From Eledone cirrhosa (lineage: Eukaryota), in NCBI GenBank assembly GCA_964016885.1, contig OZ024749.1:37014001-37078000 (forward strand): DNA of 64,000 nt, read 5' to 3'. Each line of letters starts with the position of its first letter. Position 1 is the stretch's first letter. Both the position numbers and the translations under genes were made by a program. Below the pieces are notes generated by a model. It made no database searches, was not told where the DNA came from, and saw nothing but the letters and a program-made list of their open reading frames with translations. Positions 32,010-45,713 of the stretch are shown piece by piece.

Positions 32010-33725
32010 ATGGTGTGGCTATATTAGCTGGAGTTGTGGTATAGGGTGTGGTATGGGGTGTCGTGTTGGCTGTAGTGCTGGCTGTAGTATGGGATGTAGT
32101 GTTGGATATGGTACGGGGTGTGATGTGGTGTGTAGTGTTGCTGTAGTGTTGGCTATAGTGTTGGCTGTGGTATGGGGTGTGATGTGGCGTATAGTGTTGG
32201 CTGTGGTATGTAGTGTTGGCTGTAGTAGTGGATGTGGTATGGAGTGTGGTATGGGCTGCAGTGTTGGTTGTAGTGTAGTGTGTGGTGTTGGCTGTGGTAT
32301 TGGATGTAGTGTTGGATATGGTATGGGATGTGGTATCGGCTGTAGTGTTGGCTGTAGTGTTGGCTGTAGTGTTGGCTGTTGTATCAGATGTAGTGTTGGC
32401 TGTGGTATGGGGTTTGGTATGGGTTTCGTGCTGTCTGTAGTGTTGGTTGTAGTTTTGGCTGTGGTGTGTGGTCTGGCGTGTGCTGTAGCGTCGGCTTGGA
32501 TATTGTGTATGATGTGAGGTGTGGAGGTGTGTTGTAGGCTGTACATTTGGGTGGTGTGTTGGGTATGGCTTTGGTTTGAGTGTTGGTTGTGGTGTAGGAT
32601 ATAGTGTTGGCTGTGGTGTAGGATATAGTGTTGGCTGTGGTGTAGGATATAGTGTTGGTTGTGGTGTAGGATATAGTGTTGGCTGTGGTGTAGGATATAG
32701 TGTTGGCTGTGGTGTAGGATATAGTGTTGGCTGTGGTGTAGGCTGCAGTGTCGACAGTGGTGTAGGATATAGTGTTGGCTGTGGTGTTGGATATAGTGAT
32801 GATTGTGGTGTAGGATATAGTGTTGGTTGTGGTGTAGGATGCAATGTTGACTGTGGTGTTGGATATAATGATGGTTGTAGTGTAGGCTGCAGTGTTGACA
32901 GTGGTGTGGATATAGTGTTGGCTGTGGTGTAGGATATAGTGTTGGTTGGGGTGTAGGATATAGTGTTGGCTGTGGTGTAGGATGCAGTGTTGACTGTGGT
33001 GTAGGATATAGTGTTCGCTGTGGTGTAGGCTGCAGTGTTGACAGTGGTGTAGGATATAGTGTTGGCTGTGGTGTAGGCTACAGTGTTGACAGTGGTGTAG
33101 GATATAGTGTTGGCTGTGGTGTAGGCTGCAGTGTTGACAGTGGTGTAGGATATAGTGTTGGCTGTGGTGTAGGCTACAGTGTTGACTGTGGTGTAGGATA
33201 TAGTGTTCGCTGTGGTGTAGGCTACAGTGTTGACAGTGGTGTAGGATATAGTGTTGGCTGTGGTGTAGGCTACAGTGTTGACTGTGGTGTAGGATATAGT
33301 GTTCGCTGTGGTGTAGGCTACAGTGTTGACAGTGGTGTAGGATATAGTGTTGGCTGTGGTGTAGGCTACAGTGTTGACTGTGGTGTAGGATATAGTGTTC
33401 GCTGTGGTGTAGGCTACAGTGTTGACAGTGGTGTAGGATATAGTGTTGGCTGTGGTGTAGGCTACAGTGTTGACTGTGGTGTAGGATATAGTGTTCGCTG
33501 TGGTGTAGGCTACAGTGTTGACAGTGGTGTAGGATATAGTGTTGGCTGTGGTGTAGGCTACAGTGTTGACTGTGGTGTAGGATATAGTGTTCGCTGTGGT
33601 GTAGGCTACAGTGTTGACAGTGGTGTAGGATATAGTGTTGGCTGTGGTGTAGGCTGCAGTGTTGACAGTGGTGTAGGATATAGTGTTGGCTGTGGTGTAG
33701 GCTGCAGTATTGACTGTGGTGTTGA
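32010..33725. repeat. 12/24/48/96-bp hierarchical GT-rich minisatellite
   Basis: Unit GGTGTAGGATATAGTGTTGGCTGT alternating with GGTGTAGGCTACAGTGTTGAC(A/T)GT. Confidence 0.9.
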
Positions 33726-33949
33726 CGTTGTAAGCTGTGGTTTCAGGTGCTATATGGTGTGGGGGTCTAGTTTTGTCTGACGTGTAGCTACATCAGCTGG
33801 AGATGTGGTGTGGGCTATGGGTTGGTGCTGACTATGCTGATACATGGGACAGTTTAACCACGGAAGATTATTTGGATATAATCACTTTTTTGTCATTTGA
33901 TATGATATATTGCTTAATGTTGGTAGTGGAAAGTAACATAAGCTCTCTG

Positions 33950-36900
33950 ATGGCGGTGGTGTTGGTGGTGGTGATAATGGTGGTCTTGGTGGTGGTGATG
34001 TTGGTGGTGTTGGTGTTGGTGGTGATAATGGTGGTGTTGGTGGTGGTTGTGGTGACAATGGTAGTGATGTTGTTGGTGGTGATGATAATGGTGGTGTTGG
34101 TGTTGGTTGTGATGACAATGGTAGTGATGTTGGTGGTGGTGTTGGTGTTGGTTGTGATGACAATGGTAGTGATGTTGGTGGTGGTGATAATGGTGGTGTT
34201 GGTGTTGGTTGTGATGACAATGGTAGTGATGTTGTTGGTGCTGATAATGGTGGTGTTGGTGGTGGTTGTGATGACAATGGTAGTGATGTTGGTGGTGGTG
34301 ATAATGGTGGTGTTGGTGGTGGTGGTGATAATGGTGGTGTTGGTGGTGGTTGTGATGACAATAGTAGCGATGTTGGTGGTGGTGATAATGGTGGTGTTGG
34401 TGTTGGTTGTGATGACAATAGTAGTGATGTTGGTGGTGGTGATAATGGTGGTGTTGGTGGTGGTGATAATGGTGGTGTTGGTGGTGGTTGTGATGACAAT
34501 AGTAGTGATGTTGGTGGTGGTGATAATGGTGGTGTTGGTGTTGGTTGTGATGACAATGGTAGTGATGTTGGTGGTGGTGATAATGGTGGTGTTGGTGGTG
34601 GTTGTGATGACAATAGTAGCGATGTTGTTGGTGGTGATAATGGTGGTGTTGGTGGTGGTTGTGATGACAATGGTAGTGATGTTGTTGGTGGTGGTGATAA
34701 TGGTGGTGTTGGTGGTGGTTTGATGACAATGGTAGTGATGTTGGTGGTGGTGATAGTGGTGGTGTTGGTGGTGGTTGTGATGACAATGGTAGTGATGTTG
34801 GTGGTGGTGATAATGGTGGTGTTGGTGTTGGTTGTGATGACAATGGTAGTGATGTTGGTGGTGGTGATAATGGTGGTGTTGGTGGTGGTTGTGATGACAA
34901 TGGTAGTGATGTTGGTGGTGGTGGTGATAGTGGTGTTGGTGGTGGTTGTGATGACAATGGTAGTGATGCTGGTGGTGGTGATAATGGTGGTGTTGGTGGT
35001 GGTTGTGATGACAATGGTAGTGATGCTGGTGGTGGTGATAATGGTGGTGTTGGTGGTGGTTGTGATGACAATGGTAGTGATGTTGGTGGTGGTGATAATG
35101 GTGGTGTTGGTGGTGGTTGTGATGACAATGGTAGTGATGTTGGTGGTGGTGGTGATAATGGTGGTGTTGGTGTTGGTTGTGATGACAATGGTAGTGATGT
35201 TGGTGGTGGTGATAATGGTGGTGTTGGTGTTGGTTGTGATGACAATGGTAGTGATGTTGGTGGTGGTGATAATGGTGGTGTTGGTGGTGGTTGTGATGAC
35301 AATAGTAGCGATGTTGTTGGTGGTGACAATGGTGGTGTTGGTGTTGGCTGTGATGACAATGGTAGTGATGATGGTGGTGGTGGTGGTGATAATGGTGGTG
35401 TTGGTGTTGGTTGTGATGACAATAGTAGTGATGATGGTGGTGGTGGTGGTGATAATGGTGGTGTTGGTGGTGGTTGTGATGACAATGGTAGTGATGTTGG
35501 TGGTGGTGATAATGGTGGTGTTGGTGGTGGTTGTGATGACAATGGTAGTGATGTTGGTGGTGGTGGTGATAGTGGTGGTGTTGGTGGTGGTTGTGATGAC
35601 AATGGAAGTGATGTTGTTGGTGGTGATAATGGTGGTGTTGGTGGTGGTTGTGATGACAATGGTAGTGATGTTGGTGGTGGTGGTGATAATGGTGGTGTTG
35701 GTGTTGGTTGTGATGACAATGGTAGTGATGTTGGTGGTGGTGATAATGGTGGTGTTGGTGTTGGTTGTGATGACAATGGTAGTGATGTTGGTGGTGGTGA
35801 TAATGGTGGTGTTGGTGTTGGTTGTGATGACAATGGTAGTGATGTTGTTGGTGGTGATAATGGTGGTGTTGGTGGTGGTGGTGATAATGGTGGTGTTGGT
35901 GTTGGTTGTGATGACAATGGTAGTGATGTTGGTGGTGGTGATAATGGTGGTGTTGGTGTTGGTTGTGATGACAATGGTAGTGATGTTGGTTGTGATGACA
36001 ATGGTAGTGATGTTGGTGGTGGTGATAATGGTGGTGTTGGTGTTGGTTGTGATGACAATGGTAGTGATGTTGTTGGTGCTGATAATGGTGGTGTTGGTGG
36101 TGGTTGTGATGACAATGGTAGTGATGTTGGTGGTGGTGATAATGGTGGTGTTGGTGGTGGTGGTGATAATGGTGGTGTTGGTGTTGGTTGTGGTGACAAT
36201 GGTAGTGATGTTGTTGGTGGTGATGATAATGGTGGTGTTGGTGTTGGTTGTGATGACAATGGTAGTGATGTTGGTGGTGGTGATAATGGTGGTGTTGGTG
36301 TTGGTTGTGATGACAATGGTAGTGATGTTGGTGGTGGTGATAATGGTGGTGTTGGTGTTGGTTGTGATGACAATGGTAGTGATGTTGTTGGTGTTGATAA
36401 TGGTGGTGTTGGTGGTGGTTGTGATGACAATGGTAGTGATGTTGGTGGTGGTGATAATGGTGGTGTTGGTGGTGGTGGTGATAATGGTGGTGTTGGTGTT
36501 GGTTGTGATGACAATGGTAGTGATGTTGGTGGTGGTGATAATGGTGGTGTTGGTGTTGGTTGTGATGACAATGGTAGTGATGTTGGTGGTGGTGATAATG
36601 GTGGTGTTGGTGTTGGTTGTGATGACAATGGTAGTGATGTTGGTGGTGGTGATAATGGTGGTGTTGGTGGTGGTTGTGATGACAATGGTAGTGATGTTGG
36701 TGGTGGTGATAATGGTGGTGTTGGTGGTGGTGGTGATAATGGTGGTGTTGGTGGTGGTTGTGATGACAATAGTAGCGATGTTGGTGGTGGTGATAATGGT
36801 GGTGTTGGTGTTGGTTGTGATGACAATAGTAGTGATGTTGGTGGTGGTGATAATGGTGGTGTTGGTGGTGGTGATAATGGTGGTGTTGGTGGTGGTTGTG

Positions 36901-37622
36901 ATGACAATAGTAGTGATGTTGGTGGTGGTGATAATGGTGGTGTTGGTGTTGGTTGTGATGACAATGGTAGTGATGTTGGTGGTGGTGATAATGGTGGTGT
37001 TGGTGGTGGTTGTGATGACAATAGTAGCGATGTTGTTGGTGGTGATAATGGTGGTGTTGGTGGTGGTTGTGATGACAATGGTAGTGATGTTGGTGGTGGT
37101 GGTGATAATGGTGGTGTTGGTGGTGGTTGTGATGACAATGGTAGTGATGTTGGTGGTGGTGATAATGGTGGTGTTGGTGGTGGTTGTGATGACAATAGTA
37201 GTGATGTTGTTGGTGGTGATGATAATGGTGGTGTTGGTGTTGGTTGTGATGACAATAGTAGTGATGTTGTTGGTGGTGATGATAATGGTGGTGTTGGTGG
37301 TGGTTGTGATGACAATGGTAGTGATGTTGGTGGTGGTGGTGATAATGGTGGTGTTGGTGGTGGTTGTGATGACAATGGTAGTGATGTTGGTGGTGGTGAT
37401 AATGGTGGTGTTGGTGGTGGTTGTGATGACAATGGTAGTGATGTTGGTGGTGGTGATAATGGTGGTGTTGGTGGTGGTGGTGATAATGGTGGTGTTGGTG
37501 TTGGTTGTGATGACAATGGTAGTGATGTTGGTGGTGGTGATAATGGTGGTGTTGGTGGTGGTGATAATGGTGGTGTTGGTGTTGGTTGTGATGACAATGG
37601 TAGTGATGTTGGTGGTGTTAGT
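33950..37622. repeat. 3.7-kb triplet-derived minisatellite, ~57-bp unit
   Basis: Unit GTGATGACAATGGTAGTGATGTTGGTGGTGGTGATAATGGTGGTGTTGGTG(G/T)TGGTT. Confidence 0.95.
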
Positions 37623-37665
37623 GATGAAATCTTTGGTAATAGAATAATTATATTGTGTTGTTTAT

Positions 37666-37742
<77 letters not shown>

Positions 37743-37856
37743 GTTTGTATATGTATAATAAAGCCAAAACAATGCAGGTATGGACATAGAATAAAGAATA
37801 CAAATGCAAAAGATATTGTTGACAATTAGTCTTTTACCTTAGATTTATTGAAATGT

Positions 37857-37891
37857 CCTTAATTTTCGAGATAATATCTCTTCTTCGGAGG
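37857..37891 (-). ncRNA. minimal hammerhead-like motif (C at position 4)
   Basis: Minus strand CCT-CCGAAGA-A-GAGAT ATT ATCTC-GAAAA-TTA^AGG. Confidence 0.4.
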
Positions 37892-37944
37892 GAAGTAAAG
37901 CGGTTAAACCAGTGTTCTAAATAGCTTGCCAAGTCATGCTGACA

Positions 37945-38012
<68 letters not shown>

Positions 38013-38187
38013 ATACATATATATATATACATATATTAATGAGTTCAGGGCCGGATGGCTGAGATCTTGCTGTTTCGACACCAAATTGCAAACTCCAAAT
38101 TACATACATTCATACAAACATCACATACGTACATACGTACATACGTACATACGTACATACGTACATACGTACATACATACGTACACA

Positions 38188-38317
<130 letters not shown>

Positions 38318-38608
38318 AACAAATAGTAGTAAGGAAAAAGATTTTTTCTGTAGAATATGTTGAAGAGATATTTTTGGTGAAATTTCAAACCATTAATTTA
38401 TTTACAATACCGGTTTCAGCATTTAATGCATTTTCAATTGCGTATCTGCAGAATATTCTTAAGTTGTATATTTGTACAAATAGTGAAAAATAATGATGAT
38501 AACAAAAAAAAAAAAAAAAAATACAGAGAGGGGAAGAAAAGTAAATTTTCACATACGTGGCCCTTCAGAGAAGAAAGTCAAAAATGACTTTCTTCTCTGA
38601 AGAACCAC

Positions 38609-38651
<43 letters not shown>

Positions 38652-38654
<3 letters not shown>

Positions 38655-38760
38655 GAAAGTATAGAAATTATTGTGAGCGTGAAGCCAACAGTATTTCATA
38701 ATATATATAAGTGACTATAACGTCAAAATGGAAAAATAGTTAACGTAAGATGTGGGAAAA
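38652..38760 (+). repeat. (AT)n-abutting dispersed repeat, paralogue of 48232-48335
   Basis: Shared AAATGAAA..AGAAATTA.TGT.AGC...TATAAGTGACTATAAC..TTAACGTAAGATGTGGGA. Confidence 0.75.
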
Positions 38761-38873
38761 TAATTCAAACTCAATTCAAAAAAATCAAGACATTGACTTA
38801 TCCACAGAATTTTTGTGAAATCCAGGGAAAAATGAATAGAGCCTTAATTCAGAATAAAATAAAGTCTAAATAC

Positions 38874-38968
<95 letters not shown>

Positions 38969-39009
38969 GATATTAAACAAATGGAAACTATATTTATAAA
39001 ACCATATTT

Positions 39010-39073
39010 ATTTGATTATACATATTTCAGGGATACCATATTAAAAATATGGCATGCCTTTGTCAGATAAAAT
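39010..39073 (-). ncRNA. hammerhead relic (G8A), paralogue of 45651-45713, within repeat 38968-39140
   Basis: Minus strand ATTTTAT-CTGACAA-AGG C ATGCCATAT..ATATGGTAT C CCT-GAAAT-ATGT-ATA^ATCAAAT. Confidence 0.6.
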
Positions 39074-39186
39074 ACAATATATAAACAGTTTTATAAATAA
39101 TTTTGACGTACCCTATTATAAGCGACCATTATATTTGGAACAATTTTAAATAAAACTTTTGCATATATATATATATATATATATAT

Positions 39187-39465
39187 AACGAAGGAAATGT
39201 GGTAAGGAACCAGGTGGACCATAACGCACCAAAGTACTCAATACTTGGGGTAGTAGAGTGGGTAATAGGAACCAGTAAGACCCCAAAGAAAAATTATTTG
39301 GACGGCTGAGCTCAAGCCGTTTCGACGGCTAATTCTGGACTAAATGAAAATTTATCCTGGTATTTAAATAGCCGATCTTCTCAAGGGGTAATTCCATTTA
39401 TGGTCAAAGTGATTGTCAAAAGTCAGTAGTAATTCTGTGATTGCAAACGGGGTCTTACTGGTTCC

Positions 39466-39468
<3 letters not shown>
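39187..39468. mobile_element. family A PLE-like terminus, longest copy
   Basis: Same tail as the 7917 copy; inverted segment 39449-39468 is the reverse complement of 39265-39284. Confidence 0.8.
39280..39389 (-). ncRNA. type I hammerhead, U3-A8 variant, 54-nt stem II domain, interrupted at the cleavage site
   Basis: Minus strand ACCCC-TTGAGAA-GA(T)CGGCTA...TAGCCGTC-GAAAC-GGCT TGAGCTC AGCC-GTC^[16-nt insert]GGGGT. Confidence 0.75.
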
Positions 39469-39498
<30 letters not shown>

Positions 39499-39534
39499 CA
39501 AAATAAGATGCTGAGGTTACATATATCGTTTAAA

Positions 39535-39620
39535 CATAATACTTATTTCCACGGTTCTCCATGCAATCGAGATGTCCTTCCTGCATTTGCTGATGATTAT
39601 GAGAACGGTTTCCTCAGATG
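39535..39620 (-). ncRNA. hammerhead candidate with 61-nt stem II domain
   Basis: Minus strand CAT-CTGAGGA-A AC C GTTCTC...GAGAAC C GT G-GAAAT-AAGT-ATT^ATG; stem I is only 3 bp. Confidence 0.55.
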
Positions 39621-39834
39621 AAAATCGATGTATTTGATATATATATATATACACGAATTTTAATATGATAATGGGTTCTACAGAACAAGAAGTGCTTCAT
39701 TCGTATGAAATTAGCAGGAACGAAACAGTGCTAGACATGTAAGAGCTATTTCTATATTAAATTTCATTGTTCTCACTCTACTAATGTATTGAGGACCTTA
39801 TTTACTGTGGTTACTCCCACTTTCACACGGGATA

Positions 39835-39867
<33 letters not shown>

Positions 39868-39913
39868 TACATATATATACATACATATGCATATATATAT
39901 ATGTATATATATG

Positions 39914-39945
<32 letters not shown>

Positions 39946-39958
39946 TATATACATATAT

Positions 39959-40030
<72 letters not shown>

Positions 40031-40667
40031 GTGTGTCTATATATATCTTAGCACACTGCATGGAGGTATGTATGTTTTGATAATAGAGTTAAAAGTGTCG
40101 GGGGTGACATCTATTGGGAAGACAACAACAACAACTGCAACAACAACAACAACTGCAACAACAACAACAACAACAGCAACAACAACAACAACAATACGAC
40201 GAGGACAACAACAACAACAACATTAACATCGAAATGGGCAAACAAAACTACAAACTTTGCAATTTTTTCGCCCCCCTCCCCCGCATCCACCACACTTTCT
40301 TAGACTACCTCCTACTACTACCATCTTACATCCACCTCCTCCTTTCACTCTTCATCCACCTCAACCCAACCCCACCACTATAAACCTCTCCCTCCCTCCC
40401 TCCCCTCCCTCCCTCCCCTCCCGCCGTCACTCATCCTCACCCCTGACGCCCGAGCAAACACTCCATCTCACCCATTAACATATTAGCTTGTTAACCGTAC
40501 TGTTAATTACCTTCTTCAGACCTGACACCCCCCTCACCCCCACCACCACCACACCACACGACACGACACCAAACCCCAGCACCCTGCTACACCCTCCACT
40601 CCTGCTGCAACTCCTTAACACCTCCTCTCTTTCACACCATCCCTCCCTCTCCCTTTATGTGTGTGTG

Positions 40668-40712
<45 letters not shown>

Positions 40713-40728
40713 TTATATATATATATAC

Positions 40729-40789
<61 letters not shown>

Positions 40790-40819
40790 TATATACATAC
40801 ATATATACGATTATATGTC

Positions 40820-40927
<108 letters not shown>

Positions 40928-40977
40928 TACGAATATATGTCTATATATATATATATATATACACATATATATGTATA

Positions 40978-41082
<105 letters not shown>

Positions 41083-41195
41083 GTATACATATTTTCTTTT
41101 CTTAGAGCTCCTTCTGTCTCGCTCACTGAGACTCTCATGTACATCGATCGAATCACGGCTGATCCACGCTACCTAACACTCGACCCTTCATTCCT

Positions 41196-41255
<60 letters not shown>

Positions 41256-41683
41256 TGCATACATGCGTACATACTTACATAATACATACATATGCACATT
41301 CATACACAGACATACGTACATACATACGTACATACATACGTACATACATACGTACATACATACATACATGCATACACACTTCCATACATCCATACATACA
41401 TCACACATGCTTACATACATCCTCAGTCCACCTTCACCCCTCAGTCCACCTTTGCAGCTCAGCCCCCACCCCCAACTTCGTTGAAGGACCCTCTTCACAA
41501 CGTGATGAATAATCATTTAGACAAAATCATTCGACAATGTTAGCTGGCTAGGTGTGTCTGTGAATATATAGATGTGTTATATATGTGCGTATGTATGTAT
41601 GTATGTATGTATGTATGTATGTATGTATGTATGTATGTATGTATGTATGTATGTATGCATGTATGGATGGATGGATGGATGTA

Positions 41684-41740
<57 letters not shown>

Positions 41741-41774
41741 CTATCTATTGAAATATCTATCTATATAGAGGGTT

Positions 41775-42230
41775 AGTACTTTACAAGTGCGACGACGTGC
41801 TCAGGGAGACTCTAGGCGTCAAAGATGACGAGCTCACCAGTCTGTACGGTAGGACTTTCCGCCCGGGACCTATGGACAACTTCCAGACTTCCCTGGCCTG
41901 GCAGTGATACCGAGGACCTCTACCTGTTCGAGACAAGATCTACAAGCACGGACGCCCCGGCAGGGATCCTCCCAAGAGGATGTGTCCAAGATGCGAGCAG
42001 GACATTGAAACCGTCTTGCACGCAATTGTACACTGCCCGGGCGTAAGCGACCTGTGGAATTATGCAGAACAACTGCTGTCGCGTATGGGACAGATCCAGT
42101 TGACTACCGAGTCCATAGTAAGGATCAAACCGCCAGCCTCTTTCAAAAACAAAAGGGAGGCGGTTTTCCTCTGTACAGTGGATATGGTGAAAGAGGTTAT
42201 ATGGTGGACGAGATTGAGAGGACTGGGGAC
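41775..42230 (+). mobile_element. L1/Tx1-like LINE ORF2 C-terminal fragment with CCHC zinc knuckle
   Basis: CPRCEQDIETVLHAIVHCP (Cx2Cx8Hx4C, zf-RVT type) followed by PPASFKNKREAVFLC..KEVIWWTRL. Confidence 0.8.
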
Positions 42231-42479
42231 AGATGCAAAGAATCGCTGCTTTCACCCTTAACGGGATCTTCTGAAACTAAAAAAATCAATCTGTGAACGC
42301 AGAAGTAAATATTAGGAAAAACGTTACACACTATAAATATATATATATACACACTATATATACATATATATACAAACACACACATATAGCGTCATAATGT
42401 CGTAATGCAGACAGCCAGACATACAGACAGATATTATAAGGGCGCAACGTTATATCTATGTATCTATCTAAACAGACAG

Positions 42480-42680
42480 ACTAAGAATTATAAAGAGAGA
42501 TCGCTATATCGCCTAATGCGGTCCTTAGGGCATTGAACATTTTTTTGGGTCAAAACACTAGAGGACCATAAGTATTAAATGTGTAAAGTTTGAAAAATGT
42601 CAGTTGGGTGGTTCTCGAGTTTTAGGGAGTCAGACAGACAGACAAACACAGACAGACATTCTCTGTTTTAGATATATTAT
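42480..42680. mobile_element. non-autonomous Helitron/DINE-like element
   Basis: GTGTAAAGTTTGAAAAA...GGTTCTCGAGTTT then (GACA)n and a TTTTAGATATAT end; layout typical of this class. Confidence 0.45.
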
Positions 42681-42713
42681 TGAATACAGACACACACACA
42701 GACGCACACACAT

Positions 42714-42745
<32 letters not shown>

Positions 42746-43013
42746 GCATGCATGCATGTGTGTGAGTGTGTGTAAGTTTCTATATACATAATAATGAAGA
42801 GGTGCTTAGAAAACAACAACATGGGAGTATTTAAGACAATTTCTTATAAATGGTCACCATAATGTAAAAACAAAAAGACTCACACACACATAACCAAGCA
42901 AAAACATACAAATTATATATATTATTTAACAAAAGACAAACAAGACGAGAAAATAACACTAGAAATAATAACGTATATGACTATATAGCACAGAAACAAC
43001 ATCACTAATATAC

Positions 43014-43058
<45 letters not shown>

Positions 43059-43116
43059 CATGTATATGTGTATATATATGTATATGTAATTATGTATGTA
43101 TATATATATATACATA

Positions 43117-43192
<76 letters not shown>

Positions 43193-43278
43193 CATGTATA
43201 TGTGTATATATATGTATATGTAATTATGTATGTATATATATATATACATATTCATATATATATATATATATATAATTA

Positions 43279-43309
<31 letters not shown>

Positions 43310-43340
43310 GAATATGTATATATAATACATACATAATTAC

Positions 43341-43443
<103 letters not shown>

Positions 43444-43460
43444 TGTATGTACATATGTAA

Positions 43461-43491
<31 letters not shown>

Positions 43492-43579
43492 TGTATGTAC
43501 GTACGTACGTATGTATGTATGTATGTACGTACGTACGTATGTATGTATGTATGTATGTATGTATGTATGTATGTATGTA

Positions 43580-43612
<33 letters not shown>

Positions 43613-43824
43613 ATGTATGTATGTATGTATGTATGTATGTATGTATGTATGTATGTATGTATGTATGTATGTAGTAAAGGGTGCAACCAAAACACATGAC
43701 AAACAAAACAAATGAAGTGAGAAGTGTGCATTGCCGTGGCCAGCTGTGAGAAGTAAGGCGAAGGGGCGGTAACTGTGACTATACTTGTTATTAAGTTGTG
43801 TGGATCTCCTGTGGTGTGTGATTA

Positions 43825-43933
43825 TCACAGAGGGAGTGAGACATAGACTCAGACAGACAGAGAGAGGATGATAAGGGAGAGAAGAGAGGGGGGGTGAGAG
43901 AGAGAAGAGAGACAGAGAGAGAGAGTGAGAGAG

Positions 43934-43999
<66 letters not shown>

Positions 44000-44101
44000 T
44001 GAGACATAGACTCAGACAGATAGAGAGGGGAAGGAAAGGCACAGAAAAGAGAGAGACAGAGAGAGAGAGAGAGTGAGAGTGAGTGTGAGAGAGTGCGTGT
44101 C

Positions 44102-44134
<33 letters not shown>

Positions 44135-44211
44135 GAGAGAGGGTCAGAGAGCCAGAGAGTGGATGATAAGGGGCAGAAGAGAGAGAAAGAGAGAGACACA
44201 GACCGAGAGAC

Positions 44212-44299
<88 letters not shown>

Positions 44300-44359
44300 T
44301 GATACAGAGAGAAAGAGAGACAGTGAGACAGAGGGAGATAGACCGCCAGAGAGAGAGAT

Positions 44360-44414
<55 letters not shown>

Positions 44415-44425
44415 AAAAGAGAGAG
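43825..44425. repeat. (AG)n-rich field
   Basis: Direct inspection. Confidence 0.9.
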
Positions 44426-44579
44426 TACAGTGTGGGTTAATCTTTGTTATTTTGTTGTATGCACTGTAATTTTAATTTTTTTCTTGTTGCTGTTTTGTTG
44501 TTATTGTCGCCATTATTCTTGTTCTTGTTATTGCCATTGTTATAGCTGTTGTCTGTAGCATTATTATTATTATTATTTA

Positions 44580-44775
44580 GGGCGGTGGATTGGCAGTATC
44601 GGTAGAGGGTCGGACGCCATGCTTTGACGCATAGAGTTACAGCCCTTGCCGTTCTGAGTTCGAATCTCGCCGAGGTTAACTTTGCCTTTCATCCTTACGG
44701 GGTCGATAAAATAAAGTACCAGTAATGCACTGAATAATTTGCTGGCCTTGTGCCAAACGTAGAAACAATTACTAT
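44580..44775 (+). mobile_element. SINE, full length
   Basis: Consensus match, inserted after (TTA)n. Confidence 0.92.
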
Positions 44776-44779
44776 TATT

Positions 44780-44927
44780 ATTAGTAGTAGTAGTAATTGT
44801 AGTTGTTGTAGTAGTAGTAGTAGTAGTGGCGGTGGTAGTAATAGTATTAGTAGTTGTTGTAGTTGTAGTAGTAGTAGTAGTGGTGATAGTAGTAGTAGTA
44901 GTAGAGGTAGTTGTAGTAGTAGTAGTG

Positions 44928-44963
<36 letters not shown>

Positions 44964-45092
44964 GTTGTAGTAGTAGTAGTAGTGGTAGTAGTAGTTGTAG
45001 TAGCAGTAGTAGCAGTAGTTGTAGTAGTAGTAGTAGTAGTAGTGGTGGTAGTTGTAGTAGTAGTAGTAGTAGTGGTAGTGGTGGTGGTACTT

Positions 45093-45132
<40 letters not shown>

Positions 45133-45243
45133 CAGTAGTAGTAGTAACAGTAGTTGTAGTAGTAGTAGTAATGGTGGTGGTAGTTGTAGTAGTAGTAGTA
45201 ATGGTGGTGGTAGTTGTAGTAGTAGTAGTAGTAGTTGTAGTTA

Positions 45244-45289
<46 letters not shown>

Positions 45290-45365
45290 GGTAGTGGTAG
45301 TAGTAGCAGCAGCAGCAGTAGCAGTAGTTGTTATGGTGGTTGTTGTTGTATTGTTGTTGTTCTTA
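44780..45365. repeat. (GTA/GTG/GTT)n trinucleotide tract grown from the SINE tail
   Basis: Direct inspection. Confidence 0.9.
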
Positions 45366-45563
45366 TTGACCATACGTTTGTCAATTGTTGTTGTTTTTGG
45401 ATTTCGTCTATATTCTAAATCAACATTATGTCAGAAAAACGAAAAGCGAGGCTATTATCAAGAAACGCCTATTTACGAATAGACAAACACATACACACAG
45501 GGATATACACCTACACACATATACACACATAGATACAGACACCAACACTCACTCATTCACACT

Positions 45564-45609
<46 letters not shown>

Positions 45610-45650
45610 CGATATTAACAAATGGAAACTATATTTATAAAACCATATTT

Positions 45651-45713
45651 ATTTCATTATACATATTTCAAGGACACCAAGTTAAATTATGGTGTGCTTT
45701 CATCAGATAAAAT
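45651..45713 (-). ncRNA. type I hammerhead ribozyme, canonical core, within repeat 45609-45785
   Basis: Minus strand ATTTTAT-CTGATGA-AAG C ACACCA..TGGTGT C CTT-GAAAT-ATGT-ATA^ATGAAAT (7-bp stem I with one G.U). Confidence 0.75.

Noticed and set aside
32008-33725. Extensin/mucin-like PQPTLYPT protein on the minus strand
   Set aside because: The same repeat array contains in-frame TAG codons and a frameshift (~32907); it is a minisatellite.
33914-37825. 1303-aa and 975-aa ORFs
   Set aside because: Translations of a triplet minisatellite that is open in several frames on both strands; the start region runs through (AT)n.
44580-44680. tRNA genes at SINE heads
   Set aside because: A and B boxes are present but there is no cloverleaf, and they are always followed by SINE body and tail.
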